DNA of 64,000 nucleotides from Spizellomyces punctatus DAOM BR117 (Eukaryota): NCBI GenBank assembly GCA_000182565.2, contig KQ257460.1; one strand, 5' to 3'. Shown piece by piece: positions 13,553 to 29,290 of this stretch (position 1 is its first letter; each line of letters starts with the position of its first letter). The notes under the pieces were generated by a model. It saw only the letters and a program-made list of their open reading frames with translations, ran no database searches and was not told where the DNA came from. The position numbers and the translations under genes were made by a program.

Positions 13553-16486
13553 ATGGCTGCTCAGACAGCTCCCATGCGCGGGTCAACAAAGAGCAAGAAG
13601 AATAAACGGAATGCAGTAAAGCCTGTGGACAAGCGAAAGCTTAAGCGAAGCGCAGAGGAAACCGAACTGACTGATTTGGCGGAGAAAACAAAGGATCCGG
13701 TAACCACCTACCAGAGTGCGTTAATTCTCCTTGAACGCTTTACTTAATCTGCCAAATAGGAACCTTTTCTGAAAAACCCTGAGCTTAAACAATTTTCTCA
13801 ACTTCCCCTCTCTCAAAAAACCGCGAATGGCTTGAGTAAAGCCAACTTTGTGGAAATGACTGATATCCAACGGTCCTCGCTACCATTGTCTTTATGCGGG
13901 CGAGACGTTTTAGGTGCCGCGAAAACTGGGTCAGGAAAGACCCTTGCTTTTCTTCTCCCTGTTCTCGAAGTCCTATACCGGGCAAACTGGACACAAATGG
14001 ATGGAGTAGGCGCCTTGATCATATCACCAACGCGCGAACTAGCCCTACAAATCTTCGACGTGCTGAAGAAGATTGGCCGAAATCATACTTTCTCCGCTGG
14101 GCTTCTCATAGGTGGTAAAGACCTCAAATCTGAGCAGGAGCGTGTCTCCAAAATGAACATTTTGGTTTGCACGCCCGGCCGTTTGCTACAGCACATGGAT
14201 CAGACGCCGGATTTCAATTGCGATAACCTGCAGATATTGGTCCTGGATGAAGCAGATAGAGTTCTGGACTTGGGATTTGAAAAAACAATCAATGCGATCG
14301 TGGAAAATTTACCAAGAGCGAGACAGACATTGCTCTTTTCTGCAACGCAAACTAAGTCTGTGAAAGATTTGGCGAGGCTGTCTCTTAAGGTACGTCTTTC
14401 GATCCAACTCTTAGGTGAATGTGCATAAATCGCTCAAGCTTCATTCTCAGGACCCGGAATACGTGGCGGTTCACGAACAATCTGAGAGTAGCACCCCGAA
14501 GCAATTGGTGCAAAAGTACCTTGTCTGCGATCTTCCGCAAAAGCTCGATATCCTCTACTCCTTCATTAAAACCCACCTGAAACAAAAAATTATTGTGTTT
14601 GTGTCTAGTTGCAAGCAGGTATGGAATTACTACTTTAAGGTGGTTCCTTATCCTATTGATAACCGATTCTCCATTTGCTCCATATTAGGTGCGATTTGTT
14701 CACGAAACCTTCTGTAAGATGCAGCCTGGTATTATTTTGAACTGCCTCCATGGCAAGCAGAAACAAGCAAAGCGGATGGCTATTTTTGAGCAATTTTGTC
14801 GAAAGAAGGCAGTTTGTCTGATTGCCACTGACGTGGCTGCGCGCGGTCTCGACTTCCCCGCAGTGGATTGGGTTATTCAGCTTGATTGTCCAGAGGATGC
14901 AGAGACATATATCCATCGTGTAGGGCGAACAGCCAGATATGAAGCAGCTGGCAACGCTCTACTCTTTCTGCTTCCATCAGAGGAAAAGGGGATGATGGCT
15001 TCATTGGAACGTAAGAAAGTGCCGATATCCAAAATCAGGGTGAATCCGAGCAAAACGACGAGTGTCGCGAAACAATTGCAAGCCTACTGTTCCCAAAGTC
15101 CGGAAATCAAGTATTTAGCCCAGAAGGCTTTCATTAGCTATATGCGAAGCGTCCATCTTCAAGGAAATAAGGAGATTTTCAATGTCCAGGAGTTACCAGC
15201 TGAAGCGTACGCCGAGAGCTTGGGATTACCTGGTGCTCCCAAGATTAAATTTGTCAAGGTGGGGACATAATCTTGTAAACCTTACTTGATCTATCCGCAA
15301 CTTATCAACGTCAATTTTTGCAGACATCTGAGAAAAAGAATGCATCGCGTCAACTAGAGAAAGTGGCAGATGCATCCGCCGCTGAAAAGGGAAAACCAAC
15401 TGCCGAAGACTCGGAGTCAGAATCAGAAGCTGCAAGCAAGAAGGTTCGTACACTTGATATAAGCTGAATTGGAATCACTTGATGTCAACAGAGTTCTCGC
15501 ATGATCCAGACAACCAAGGTCCGAACCAAGGTGGACAAAATGTTTGATAAGAAAAACCTGACCATCTTGTCAGACCATTATGCAAAACTAAAAGCAAGCG
15601 AAGATACTGATACGTCGGAGGATGAAGAAGCCGCCGAATCAAGACCACGTAAAGGCGCGGAGGCAGAGGACGAGGACGACTTTTTGACGCTCAAACGTGC
15701 GGACCATGGTATAGAAGATTTGCCTGTCCCTGCGCCTCCTACCGAGAGTCTGAGTCATCGTCAACTCCTCAAGAGTAAGAAGAAGGCTCTCAAGGAGAGG
15801 GGATTGGGCAAAAAGATGTATTTTGACGATGATGGCAATCCCATTCTTGCGTACAAGTTGGAGACGTTGGATGAGTTTGTGCAAGAAGAAGGCCTGGAAT
15901 CCCGGCAACAAAAATTCTTGGAGGAGCAAAGAGGAGAGATGAATGTTGCTGATGCGGTTGATAAGACCGTGGCGAAGGAGAAATTGCGAGAAAAGAAAAA
16001 GGAAAAGAAAGCTAAAGAGAGGGCCGCCCGGCAAGAGGTTGGTATTACTTACTGGTCGAAATGCTTTCGAAATATGTGACTAATGCATTTGTATTTCCTT
16101 AGGAAAGTGGAGGACATGAGGGGGTAGCTCTTGGTGGAGCCGAAGACTTTGATGACGAATCTGCATCTGACGCAATGAGCTACCGCAGCGGAGAGGACGA
16201 CTTTGAAGACGGATCATCTGACTATGAGGCGGCATCGGGAGATGAAGATGATCATCCTGCACTGATGGAGCTTGATCTAAATGAAGATTCCGATGAAGAG
16301 CCCGTTGCCGCAGTTGAAGCTAATGAATCTGGATCGAACTCACGGAAGCGCAAGCGCGCCAAGACATCACAACCGGCTGCGGTGAATGGCCCTACTGTGA
16401 TCAAGAAATCCAAGAAGCAACCGGGACTTTCTGACCTGGACGGTGCGTCATTAGAAGATATTGCACTCCGCTTACTGGAAAGCTAG
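13553..16486 (+). CDS. DBP4: DEAD-box RNA helicase Dbp4/DDX10
   Basis: [72 protein letters not shown]. Confidence 0.96.
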
Positions 16487-16620
16487 CAACGTCTCTAGTA
16501 AACCTTCTGCTGTACATATCATTTGGATACTGCACATAGACTAGATTGTTTTAGTATATACTATTTTTGTGACAAAGAGGCTTTAAGATGAGGATAATGT
16601 TATAATGCAGTTTATTTCGC

Positions 16621-18821
<2,201 letters not shown>

Positions 18822-19388
18822 GTCCAAAACTAGTTTCTAATTAAGGGAGCGTGATTGGATGGAGGGGATGAGAGCTTCACTGACGACTTCAGCTCTTGTT
18901 GAATTTAGGGGCACAACTGACACCCGCGCTCATGTGCTTGTTGCCATAGTGATGGAGAAAGTTGTGGCGGTTTGTAATTGCTTATCGATTAGGTTTCTTT
19001 GGGTGTGAAATGGGAGCAACGACGATGCGCAAGAGGCCAAGTTGGCTATTGCCTGTGAAGAGGACCCATCTGTGCAAGGTTGTTGCTTGTGGACCACGTA
19101 GCTTGTCCGGTGCTGCTGCGAACAAACAATGTGATTGTTGCTGAAACGAACAGATAATTCGGATAGAATTTAAAAGATCCATTCTTTGTGAAGATGCTAT
19201 GCAACTACTCCCACCAAGGACTTGAGCATCATATCCTAGCTGCCAGAAACAAGTAGGAGTAGATGCGCAACCTGACAATGTTGCTGTTGTTTTTGTGACA
19301 AGTCTCCACCACGATCGTGCTTAGTCAGCAATGTTCCAACGTCATCAGAATTCTCTCCACCCATTTCAATGCTGTCCCGATCCATCTC

Positions 19389-19684
19389 ATGCCCGCTTCC
19401 ACTGAGACATACCCATGCAAGTCAAAAGCATGTGCCATCCAGGTGAATATCCAATCCCATTTAGTACACTCACACCAATGAATGAGGCTACTTTGCATCT
19501 GACACCCGTAAAACAGGCTTGCTTGATCCGTCATAATTTCGACTCAACAAGGTGCGCCGAAGAGCAACGAGCGTTCGAAGAGTGCTGCCGTCAAGCCCTT
19601 GACGAGCGGAATGAATCGGCAAGGGAAGCCTGCGGGTTTGTCTGGAAACGCTGGGAAAGGGAAGCCAAAAGCTCCACTAGATAG
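19389..19684 (+). CDS. CMC4: Cx9C-motif mitochondrial intermembrane-space protein (Cmc4/p8-MTCP1 family)
   Basis: Two exons: MPASTETYPCKSKACAIQ/ACLIRHNFDSTRCAEEQRAFEECCRQ, matching the PCxxxACAIQxCL...C...CC pattern. Confidence 0.85.
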
Positions 19685-20375
19685 GAAACACTGAGACCAA
19701 ATGTCTCAGGACTTTACCGGTGGAGGTCTCAACCGATTTCAGAGCTCCACGGTTCTATGCTGCTCTTCTTGGAATGTTTGCGCTCAGTCTTTCACGGAGA
19801 ATGGTTTTGGTGCCTGCTCCATTTGTCAGGGCGAGGTCAAGGGAACCACTTCAAAGACTTGCTGGAATTCTGCCCACACCCCTTGAGACCTCCTTTTTAC
19901 AAAGATCAGCTAGGTTGCAGTGTAGAACCCAATATTACCCGAAACAATTACTATGTGATTATACCCTGATTTTGCTGTCATCATTTGCTGTCGTTCATTT
20001 TCTGGGCACCCTGACACCAGCACGGCTACGATTTTAAGGCTTGTGAGGCACCGGTGTTTTTTTGTTTTTTTTCTGGGGCTTCCAGTGACCCGAGCCTGAT
20101 TACACCCCAAGATGGAACCCAAGAGGCCATACGATCGCTCGTATTAGAATCTTCCGAGTTCCAGTTCCATATTCCGGAGATGGTTTCTCCACCGGCACTC
20201 TTCTTCGTTCTCACATCACGAATATTCCACGAAGCAATGGCGCATAATCCAATGGGAAACTGCAAGGCACTTCGACTCCCACACAGCTCCGGATGTTTTG
20301 CGCTTTGTTTCTCGTGAAGACCGAAAAGATCGAGATCCGTAACTGCCATATTCACATCTCTGACACCTCTTCGGC

Positions 20376-20383
20376 TATAAAAA
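20376..20383 (+). promoter_or_regulatory. TATA box upstream of the repeat polyprotein gene
   Basis: TATAAAAA about 110 nt upstream of the ATG at 20490. Confidence 0.55.
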
Positions 20384-20489
20384 GGGGAATTTCTGCCTTC
20401 CCTAGACCATACTACCAGCGTTCTACTCTTGAGCTTTCTACCTTTCATCCCGCTACTTGTCGCTGTCGAACCGCATTTGCCTGGCAACC

Positions 20490-22169
20490 ATGAAAGTTAT
20501 CTACCTTCTCGCGGCGTCGATCGCTCCCTTCATTGCGGGCACATTGGCCATGCCTGCAGCTGATGCTGTAGGTAGTCTTTTGTTTGTTTGTTAACTGAGC
20601 GTACTAACAATTATTTTTGCATAAACACAGGCCCATCAAGAGGCGGAAGTGGCTGGCTGGAAGTTTCCCAAGAAGATAGATAACAACTTGAAGAAAGATC
20701 AGAATAACAACAACTTTGCTAACAACCAGAACAACAATAATTTCAACAATAACAATCTGAAGAAGGACCACCTTGCCGCGCATAACAACAACAATGCATT
20801 GACAAAGAAGAACCAAAACAACAATATTAAGAAAGGTAAAGAGCTCGTGTGTAATTCAGTACATGCAGCATATTTAGTTTGCTCTATTGCTTCCGGCTAG
20901 ATCACAAGAACTTGAACAACGCAAATGCATTTAATAACAATCAGAACAAGGTTAGCCATCGTACATTTTCAGTTCCCACATTCGGCATAGTAATAAATTT
21001 CCTCTTCGTTCCTCCGCACCTGCAGAAGAATTTCAATAACAACTTGAACAACCTCGGCAAAAACTTCAAGAAACTCGACGTCGATGCTGCTGCAGTGGAT
21101 GAAGATGACGTAGAAACCGCAGGAGGCAAAAAGTTTGGCGGCTACGGTCCCTACGGCTACGGTCCCTACGGCTACGGCGGTTACGGCGGTTACGGCAAGA
21201 AGAAGTTCGGGCCGTTCGGTTACGGAAGATACTACGATGCGGACGCCGCTGCTGACGATGTTGCCGAAGTAGACGCTGCTGCAGTGGACGAAGATGCTGT
21301 AGAAACCGCAGGAGGCAAAAAGTTTGGCGGCTACGGCCCCTACGGGTACGGCGGTTACGGCAAGAAGAAGTTCGGGCCGTTCGGTTACGGAGGATTCTAC
21401 GATGCGGACGCCGCTGCAGATGATGTTGCCGAAGTAGACGCTGCTGCAGTGGACGAAGATGCTGTGGAAACCGCAGGAGGCAAAAAATTCGGCGGCTACG
21501 GCGGCTATGGCAAAGGCAAAAAAGGTCTCTATGGCGGCTATGGTCTCGGCAAGAAAGGCAAGAAAGGCAAGAAGTTTGGACCGTTCGGCTATGGAGGATA
21601 TGGGGGCTATGGATATTACGATGCGGATGCTGCTGCAGATGATGTTGCTGACGTTGACACCGCGGCAGTTGACGAGAATGAGGTTGAAACTGCAGGTGGA
21701 TGGTTTCCCAAAAAGATTGATAACAAGAAGGTTTGTTTCTACTGGTGAATCTGTCCGTCCGCGTTGACGACTACCCCCACTCATCAGAACATGCGAACAG
21801 AAAGATCAAAAGAACCTAAACAATAATCAATTCAACAATAACAACAACCAATTCAACAATAACAATCTGAAAAAGGACCATCTTAACGCGCAAAACAACA
21901 AGAATGTGCTGGCCAAGAAGAACCAAAACAACGATATTAAGAAAGGTGGGTAGTCCTTTCGTTCTTTGAACCTATCTACAGCAATGCAAATATCTCTTTT
22001 TGCAGATCACATCAACACGAACAATAACAACTTCAATAACAACAACCAGCAGAAAAATGCCAACAACAACAACCGTAAGTTCGCCCATACACATATGTCG
22101 ACACGGCTGCCACTAACCATCTTCTATTTTTCAGACCATCAACTGAAAAAGGACTTGAAGGTGATCTAA
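20490..22169 (+). CDS. Secreted modular repeat polyprotein (signal peptide; acidic spacers alternating with Asn/Lys-rich and Gly/Tyr/Lys-rich modules); function unknown
   Basis: Seven exons splice in frame by hand. Signal MKVIYLLAASIAPFIAGTLA; spacers DADAAADDVAEVDAAAVDEDAVETAG; cores GKKFGGYGPYGYGGYGKKKFGPFGYG and W(K)FPKKIDN...N-rich. Confidence 0.85.
21077..21700 (+). repeat. Coding tandem repeat of spacer-plus-Gly/Tyr units
   Basis: GTnGAAACnGCAGG anchors at 21110, 21299, 21464 and 21683 (periods 189, 165 and 219 nt); spacers are nearly identical at the DNA level. Confidence 0.9.
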
Positions 22170-22496
22170 GCTGTTGACGACCATAGTTCTGTAGTGATTA
22201 GTATCATTTCGTCGCTTAGTTCGGTCTTGTATCATAAGATCAATACATTGATACTTTGGTGAATTTGTCTTGCGCGCACATTCGTTCCTGCCATCGCTTG
22301 GAACAGGGGCACAATATTTTCTTTACCCTCCTCTGCCAGGCCATACAAGTAATATCTTTCAAATTCTGTGTTTAAAGGCTAGCCGATATGTGGGATGAAC
22401 CGTCGGGATATGCCAATATGCTTATTTCTGTTGAGCATACTTTGATTAAGCACATGAGTATATATTTACATAGGTCACCCGCACCCGTTGTAGTGC

Positions 22497-25400
22497 TCAG
22501 GATAATTCGAAACCAGCCCCTGAGTTAATCTGCAACCAGAATATCAGAAAATGATATGTCCTGGCCCTACACAGATGAACTATACATACCGCATACAGCA
22601 GCTTCTCCTTTAATGTGCTCTTCTTTTTATACGCGGGCAGCTTTAACATATTAAAGCAAGTCGAAGCCCTGCAGACTTATATCAGCGGTCGAAGCAAGAG
22701 GGCAACGTCCCCAATCACGCTCACACACGTTGGTAACCTGTTCATGTCCTTTCCCAGCGTGATCCCAAATGCAGACCCAATCAACCTGGCACCAGCAACG
22801 ACCGGATTTTCCGTCTGAGTTCCCCCCTCGTCACTCTCTGCCACGTAACGGATGGTGAATGGTGGATTGAGGTACTGAAATCCACCGACAGGTGGCTGTT
22901 CCGGATTGCGGCGGGTTAATAACTTCGAAAATCATGCCAAACTTGAAACCAATGACTAACTGGTGCACCTTTGAACAGCTAGTAACAAACTTGAGGAACG
23001 CAGCTTTATCTTTCGGTCCAAAATCGCTTACGACCTGTAGCAAATGCCCCCAATTTAAAATCCTCCTGAAGGACAATATGCACATATTCTCTTCACCTGC
23101 CACAATGACCTAATCGTTTTATGCTGGTCAAAGTACCCCCCTTCATACCGAACGTGAGCACGAAGATCTTTCACATCTACAAAAAACATGAGCGAGTGTC
23201 AAATAGTAGTGGGGTACAGGAGGAAGAACCTACCAAACTCCACGTTTTCACCGCACATCAGTTTTTGCAGCTCCGTAGGTGAAAAGAAGCCTAACCACTT
23301 TTCAGATATAATTGATCGGAAGCCTCTAATCAGTGCTTTAAACTGATCTCTGCATTCACGATTTAGCCGATAATCTGCCATTAAATGTACGTATTCGAAC
23401 TTGTTCTCATTCGTTACTGATATTGCAGCACCCCCCGGTTTGATCTCTGCAAAGATGTTGATCATCCCGACTTTGATCACATTAACTCTGGCGGAAGTCA
23501 CCTTTGGACACGACGTTGCCAAAAATGTCTTGATCGATTGTGAACGTTAATCCAAGGTCCTCACTGTCGCCTTTACAGTACCAAACCTCTGAGTCCTCGG
23601 CGAAATATGCGATTGAAAAGAAGACGACCGTATTCACCTTCGTAGCGCTTCAAAAAAGTCAGATTCTTGTATAATTGTGGATCCAACGATGGTAATTCGT
23701 CCTATCATCCCATTCAGTTATAGCATTGCATAGCATAGGGTTCAAGTCTTACGACATACCAGATAATTGTATCTTCCCAACAACTTGGCGTAGATAAAAT
23801 TTGCAAATGGTATATCGATAGCAATGCCCTCATACAATGCTTTTCCAAATATCTTTCCCACAAACTCGAGTAACTGCAAATGCTCTTCATGAATGAACGA
23901 CGTCGGGGATGGAGTCACATATCCGTCCGGCGTGGTATGGAAAAGATTCAAGTTCGTTGAGAATGCCCGCTTACACATCTCTTCTAAGAATTCCTTGAAG
24001 ATGCCTGATTGATCAATGCCAGCTTCCTCGAGGCCTTAATCCCAGGACATCGTCAGTCATTAGACAACGCGATAACTGACGCAACGACATACCGAGCTCG
24101 TTAACAAATTTCACGCGAATCGCTTGCTTAAGCTGCTGGGGAGGAACTCTGGCGAGCTGCCGATAGCCGTCTTCCAGTACCTAAAGGACAGGAGATGTTA
24201 AGCGAAGGCAGGGCATTAACCAGAAAACTATTAGAGAACTTTCAACATACGGCATTTCTGTGTACCACCACAGCAATCGGTCGTCCCCCAAGGACCGCCT
24301 TATCACTCTCGATCAACCCTCTGAATATGTTGACGCGGCTCTTGAAAGGCACGCATTGGGGTATCTAAAGACGGACCCAGTTTGATAAAATTCGACCAAA
24401 CGATCACAAAGCACCGCAGCAATCGTACGTTTCCCAATATCATAACAGCCCTCGGATCATTCTTGATCACATCGTCCACAAACGTGCTTCGGCTCACTTC
24501 CTTCGCAAGCCATGCTGTCTCCTGCTCCGCTCCAAACGCCTGGCGCTGCGAGCGGTCGTTTAGAAGATTCAACAGGCGCTTGGCAGGCTCCAATACCGGG
24601 GGAAACTGAGACGTAACGGAAGGGGTTGAAGGCGTGTGATGCCAGTAGATGCGGAAACAAAAGTGATTGAGGAAGGTGACAATGGCGGCGAGTTCCTGTG
24701 ATTTGAAAGGATACTGTCGTTGGTAGATCTCGTCGTTGTCAAGAGTACTTCAAAAGACCGAGGGAAGAAAAGAGTCGTAGGTCACGCTGCAAACGGCAAC
24801 CGAGAAGATATTAGACATCACCTACATGAAGAGCAAACGCGCCATTTCACAGAAAAGCTGCAAAAGTGGCATCAGCGGCTCATTCTCCAAGCATCCCGTT
24901 GCGGCAGCCAAATAGAGCAATGTCCCTTCGCGCTTCGGGCCGACCTCATTCAGCAATCTCCACAGTCCGGACACTAGTCCTTTTGTAAATGACAGGGCAT
25001 TCAAGATTGCGGTACGGTACGCAAGTAACGTAGAAGTCAAAGTTAAATACAGTAGGGAGCCATCCCGCGCGTCAATAGTTGTAAGAGTTAATCCCGAATT
25101 TGTTGACGGGGCTGAGGCTATAAGACGCAATGTGGAAGCGACTGGGGTAGGCGGCTCAAAATCAATGATGTTGGCGAAAATGGATGAAATAAATTCCCTA
25201 CTCCACAGATGCGATAGCTGTGTTACAAGCTGTGGGTAGTATTCTTGGGGAACTCCGTCCACCGATTTCCCACTATACCACTCAATGTTCAGGAAAGCTA
25301 TGAGGAGGAAGTCATTGATACAAATTGAACTGACACACGCTTACCTTGAACACAGCATGATATTTTACAAAGTTAGAGGACTTTTCTCTAACATATTGCT

Positions 25401-26693
25401 GGCAATGTCCAAGGAGATGGGTTATAGTCGTCACCACGTCACTCCTTAACGTTGGTGTTTGTTCACTTGCGAAGCCCGTTCTCGTCAATCTCCAGTACAG
25501 TTCCACAATGTTACCAACAAGGAATATCATCGCCTCCCCCTGTAGGTTGAACAATAATTTTCTGCTCTGCTCATCTTCATTGACAATCCGTACTACTCGA
25601 CGCAATATATCCCTTTGGGCAAAGAGAGAAATGCATTGGGCATCCACAAATGAGAGAAGTAAAGGAGTGGCAAAGACGTGTAATGAAAAAAGGACGATTC
25701 TTCTCTCGCATTCTATGTTTCTATCTTCCTGTTGTCGCTCAGGTGCCGAAGTTTGGATATCACTGCGGATGTCTTCTACAACGAGGGTGTTCATCACGCT
25801 AGATAATACTGCATTCACCCATAGATTTGTGCTTCTGTCCAGCTTGGATTCGTCCGAATCTATGCTGAGTACAGGGTTTCGTTTCTGTTTGAGTTTCGCT
25901 CGATTGACCATAACTCGTGTCGTCCGCTCCAGCAATCCCTTCGCCAATAGTGCAAATAATCCCCGGTCTATCAACCATCGCTGTATATTCCACATCACGT
26001 CTTCGATTGTGCCATTGCCAGCATGCTGCTTGGGGTCCATGTACGCCATAAAAAACCGGATTTCCGTGCCCGTTAAATATGGGGCCATTACTGGGGTCTT
26101 GCATGCTGGATCATGTAGATTTTTGGGGCCATCTAAAGAGCCTACTATTCGTTCTGCGCAAATCCATAAAACATTTTTGAGAACATTGGCAGCTGCTTTT
26201 GCCCGTAGCGGATCTGGATGATTCAGGCAACTGGAAAAGGGTAAAGAAGCACCTCTGCCTTGACTTGCTGCCGTTTGGGGAAGCATCATCTTGACCAAAT
26301 GTCCCAGACGATTCCAGTCCGTTGTGGGCTGGTAAAATTTAAGAAACATCCAGGCGAACCTCAGAAGGTCATCGGCTTTTACACCAGTTACGTTCCCTTC
26401 CAAAAGACCGCATTGAGAGTCCCACTCCTTTCGCAGGTCCCGGAGCGAACGTTTTCTACTAGCGACCGAGCGAATGCATCGCGATACGATGCGAGCGGCT
26501 GCTATGGACTTTTGTGCGTCTAATTCCTGCTGCCTTTGGGCCTCTCGAGCATCTCTGAGCTCCAGTGTTAGAGACAAAATATACTGCGAAAGTAGAATAA
26601 ACGATGAGACTACCTCTGCCGCCTCGCTTCCTCCACCAAATTTCGAGCACCTTTTGTATTTACTGAGGATTGAAAGACAAAGGAGTCCTTCAT
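22497..26693 (-). CDS. HECT E3 ubiquitin ligase (UBE3B/UBE3C/Hul5-like)
   Basis: [65 protein letters not shown]. Inferred first exon [10 protein letters not shown]. Confidence 0.93.
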
Positions 26694-27138
26694 CTCCTAA
26701 TAATTTCAGCCGACTCCAGATCTCTTGCCGAATCCTCAACGGTCCAATCACCCAGCTAAGCAGTGATAATTACTGCCGAATATGGAAGTATGCTGAGTCA
26801 TCCACAAAGTCCAATGCTGGAGATGTCGTTGACTCGCTGTTGCGAAGTATCAAGCAGGCCTAGCTTGCATTTTGAGCTGCAATAATGGAAGGGAGACAGT
26901 TCTTTTTGAAAGTAAGTGTCTTTGACCTCGCGATGGTCGAGATTATGGCTTCCTTCTGTCCCCAGGGTCGGCATTCACTCGGAACAACTACCAAACTACC
27001 ACCATGCCAATCAAAGGCTCTCCAATCCCAGAGTGTACTATGTCCGTATAATTAGCTTGTGCATTTTGTCGATGACAGTAAATATCAATGAAATGTTGGA
27101 AGGACACTGCAGTCGCTAGAGATTTAACTCCAAGGCAA

Positions 27139-28354
27139 CTAAAATCGCCTTAGCCAATACCACACTAGAAAGCACACACAAAAGCTGATGACGCCCGCCA
27201 TTATTAACGAGTCTCGCCGCTTTTTTGCCCCAATCCGCGAAATGAGGTCATTAACGAGGGGAAATCGTGCTGAAGAAAATATTAATAATAACTCAGATGC
27301 ATGGCCACTCAGGAGCTAGGAAAGGAACGGCTTACCGAGCACTCCACCCATTCGCCCCCTTGTATTGTATAAAACACTTCGCTGATCGTGGAGCTCGGCA
27401 CGGGTTGTGTAAGCTTGCTCAAGTACCTCATCGGCCATCCGATGCGAGCCGTCAATCTTTCCTCGTTCCGTTAACAGGTAATCTTGCATGCCCATGCCTG
27501 GAGACCTATACGAACTGTTCATCAAAGCGAAATGAGTGTCTCTCTCTATCGGTAAGGCCAAAGATGTATCGGATGATTCACCTTATGTCTTCCCGTACAG
27601 AGCTCAATAGATCGGCATGGTCTCTGGCAGCGGTAATGTTGGCCTTCGATTGATAAGGACCATTAAGTGTCGTCCTTTCAGAGATCAACCATTGTGTCAA
27701 AGTCCCACCTTGGTCCTTTTGAACTCTTTTGAGTAGTCGTATAGTATGTCTCGATGTCGCTGCAGCATGTGCATCATGGAGGGATTTGTTGGGACTGATG
27801 ATGGAACGCTATCAAGGCTTTGGGCCATAGAGTTGACGACAGAGGTAAGCTAGATCAATACAAAGTGGAACATTCGGTATGTCAAAATGCTTGTAGCCAA
27901 AAGGAGCGTTATACTAGAGCACTAAAAACATGTGGTACTATCGTTTGCAACTGGCCTTCTCAAAAGAGGGGGCTGCGTACAATGCTAATCCGATTCTGCA
28001 AACACGACGTGAAACACCAACCTTTGCGAGCAAATGGTCCAGTTCTAGTTCTGCGCCTTTTGTACTTCCTGGACTTCGCGCAGCACTGCTGGATGCAACC
28101 CCTGCCACACTACTTGCAAACCCACTGGTTCCTGTTCCACTACCAAGTTTAGAATATTGCACTAGCTTGGCTTCGATTTCGTTTTCCAAATGTCGCGCCT
28201 GTCGTCTTAGAGTCTCCCATGTCGCGGCAGACGCCGTGGCTGCTGCTGCTGTTGGTGAACCATCAGCAAGTGGGCTCAGTGATGCTGCTGAAGGTATTGG
28301 AATGACGGTGTCAGGTACTGAGGAATAAGAGTGCGCGGCTGTGCGGAACGACAT
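27139..28354 (-). CDS. GOS1: Golgi Qb-SNARE Gos1/GOSR1
   Basis: WETLRRQARHLENEIEAKLVQYSK, MHMLQRHRDILYDYSKEFKRTK, FPLVNDLISRIGAKKRRDSL followed by a TM tail. Confidence 0.93.
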
Positions 28355-29290
28355 TGTGATGTACGTTGTTACCTTGCCAGAATGAAAGCGCGACGGGATG
28401 TCACGCCGCAAATGGGCAAATTACTAAGCTCACCTTGTGTATGTCTCTTTTTTCCAAGTTTTTCTGATGATAGCGATTTCGTTATTGCTTGAGGCATTTT
28501 TGATATGATGTATAGAGAAATCTGCTAGCAAGTATCCTCTGGTTTGCGCTGTTGTTGGACGATTGTTCATATATCAACTTGGTCGATTGGTACAAGGTTA
28601 AGCGTAGCTTTGGGTTCAGTAAAACAAAGGTAATCAATACTATCAGTGTCGTAACTAATACTTCCAAAGTTGTGAAAGAACGGTTGGCAGTGAAAGCAAC
28701 GTTATAAGGGACTGCGTGCCCATGTTATGCCATACATAGACAACATTGTGACATTGTGGTCAATCGAATTCGATGCAAACATGGAGACATGTGCGTAGAG
28801 TCTCTCCCACATTATCGTACAGGGCGGACACAAAGTTAACGGAGATAAACAGTCCTCAGCATCATATCAAAATAGAAACGGCAGCAGACATAAGGCCTGG
28901 AGCAACTTTGTTCTTTGGACCCTGAATATGGCCACGAATGTGCAGGTGTTTCGTATTGAATCAACGAGCCGCTAGATGGACATGTTAACCATAAGCTGAC
29001 CTCAGGTACTAGTCATAATAGTGATTTTCAAAGCCAATTCCAGGCGTATATGCGTGCGCCAGAATCATACCTTCGCTCTCGTTTGCTATGCTCCAACTTT
29101 GTCGGAGGGTATCACGTAAGCACATCCTGACGTCATGGCATGGCAGCGTCTTCGGCCTTGTCGCTCATTGCGAATGAACATGTTCAAGATCACACTTGCA
29201 TACGAAGATTATTCATAGAAAATGGGCTCAGGTTTGTAGTGCTCTTTATTGTCCGCGGTAAGAGCGATGGATTAACGCCAGCATTGCATC

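Noticed and set aside
20969-21784. 271-aa antisense ORF, and similar antisense ORFs over the HECT, RPL18 and DBP4 genes
   Set aside because: These are shadow frames caused by repeats and codon bias of the real opposite-strand genes.
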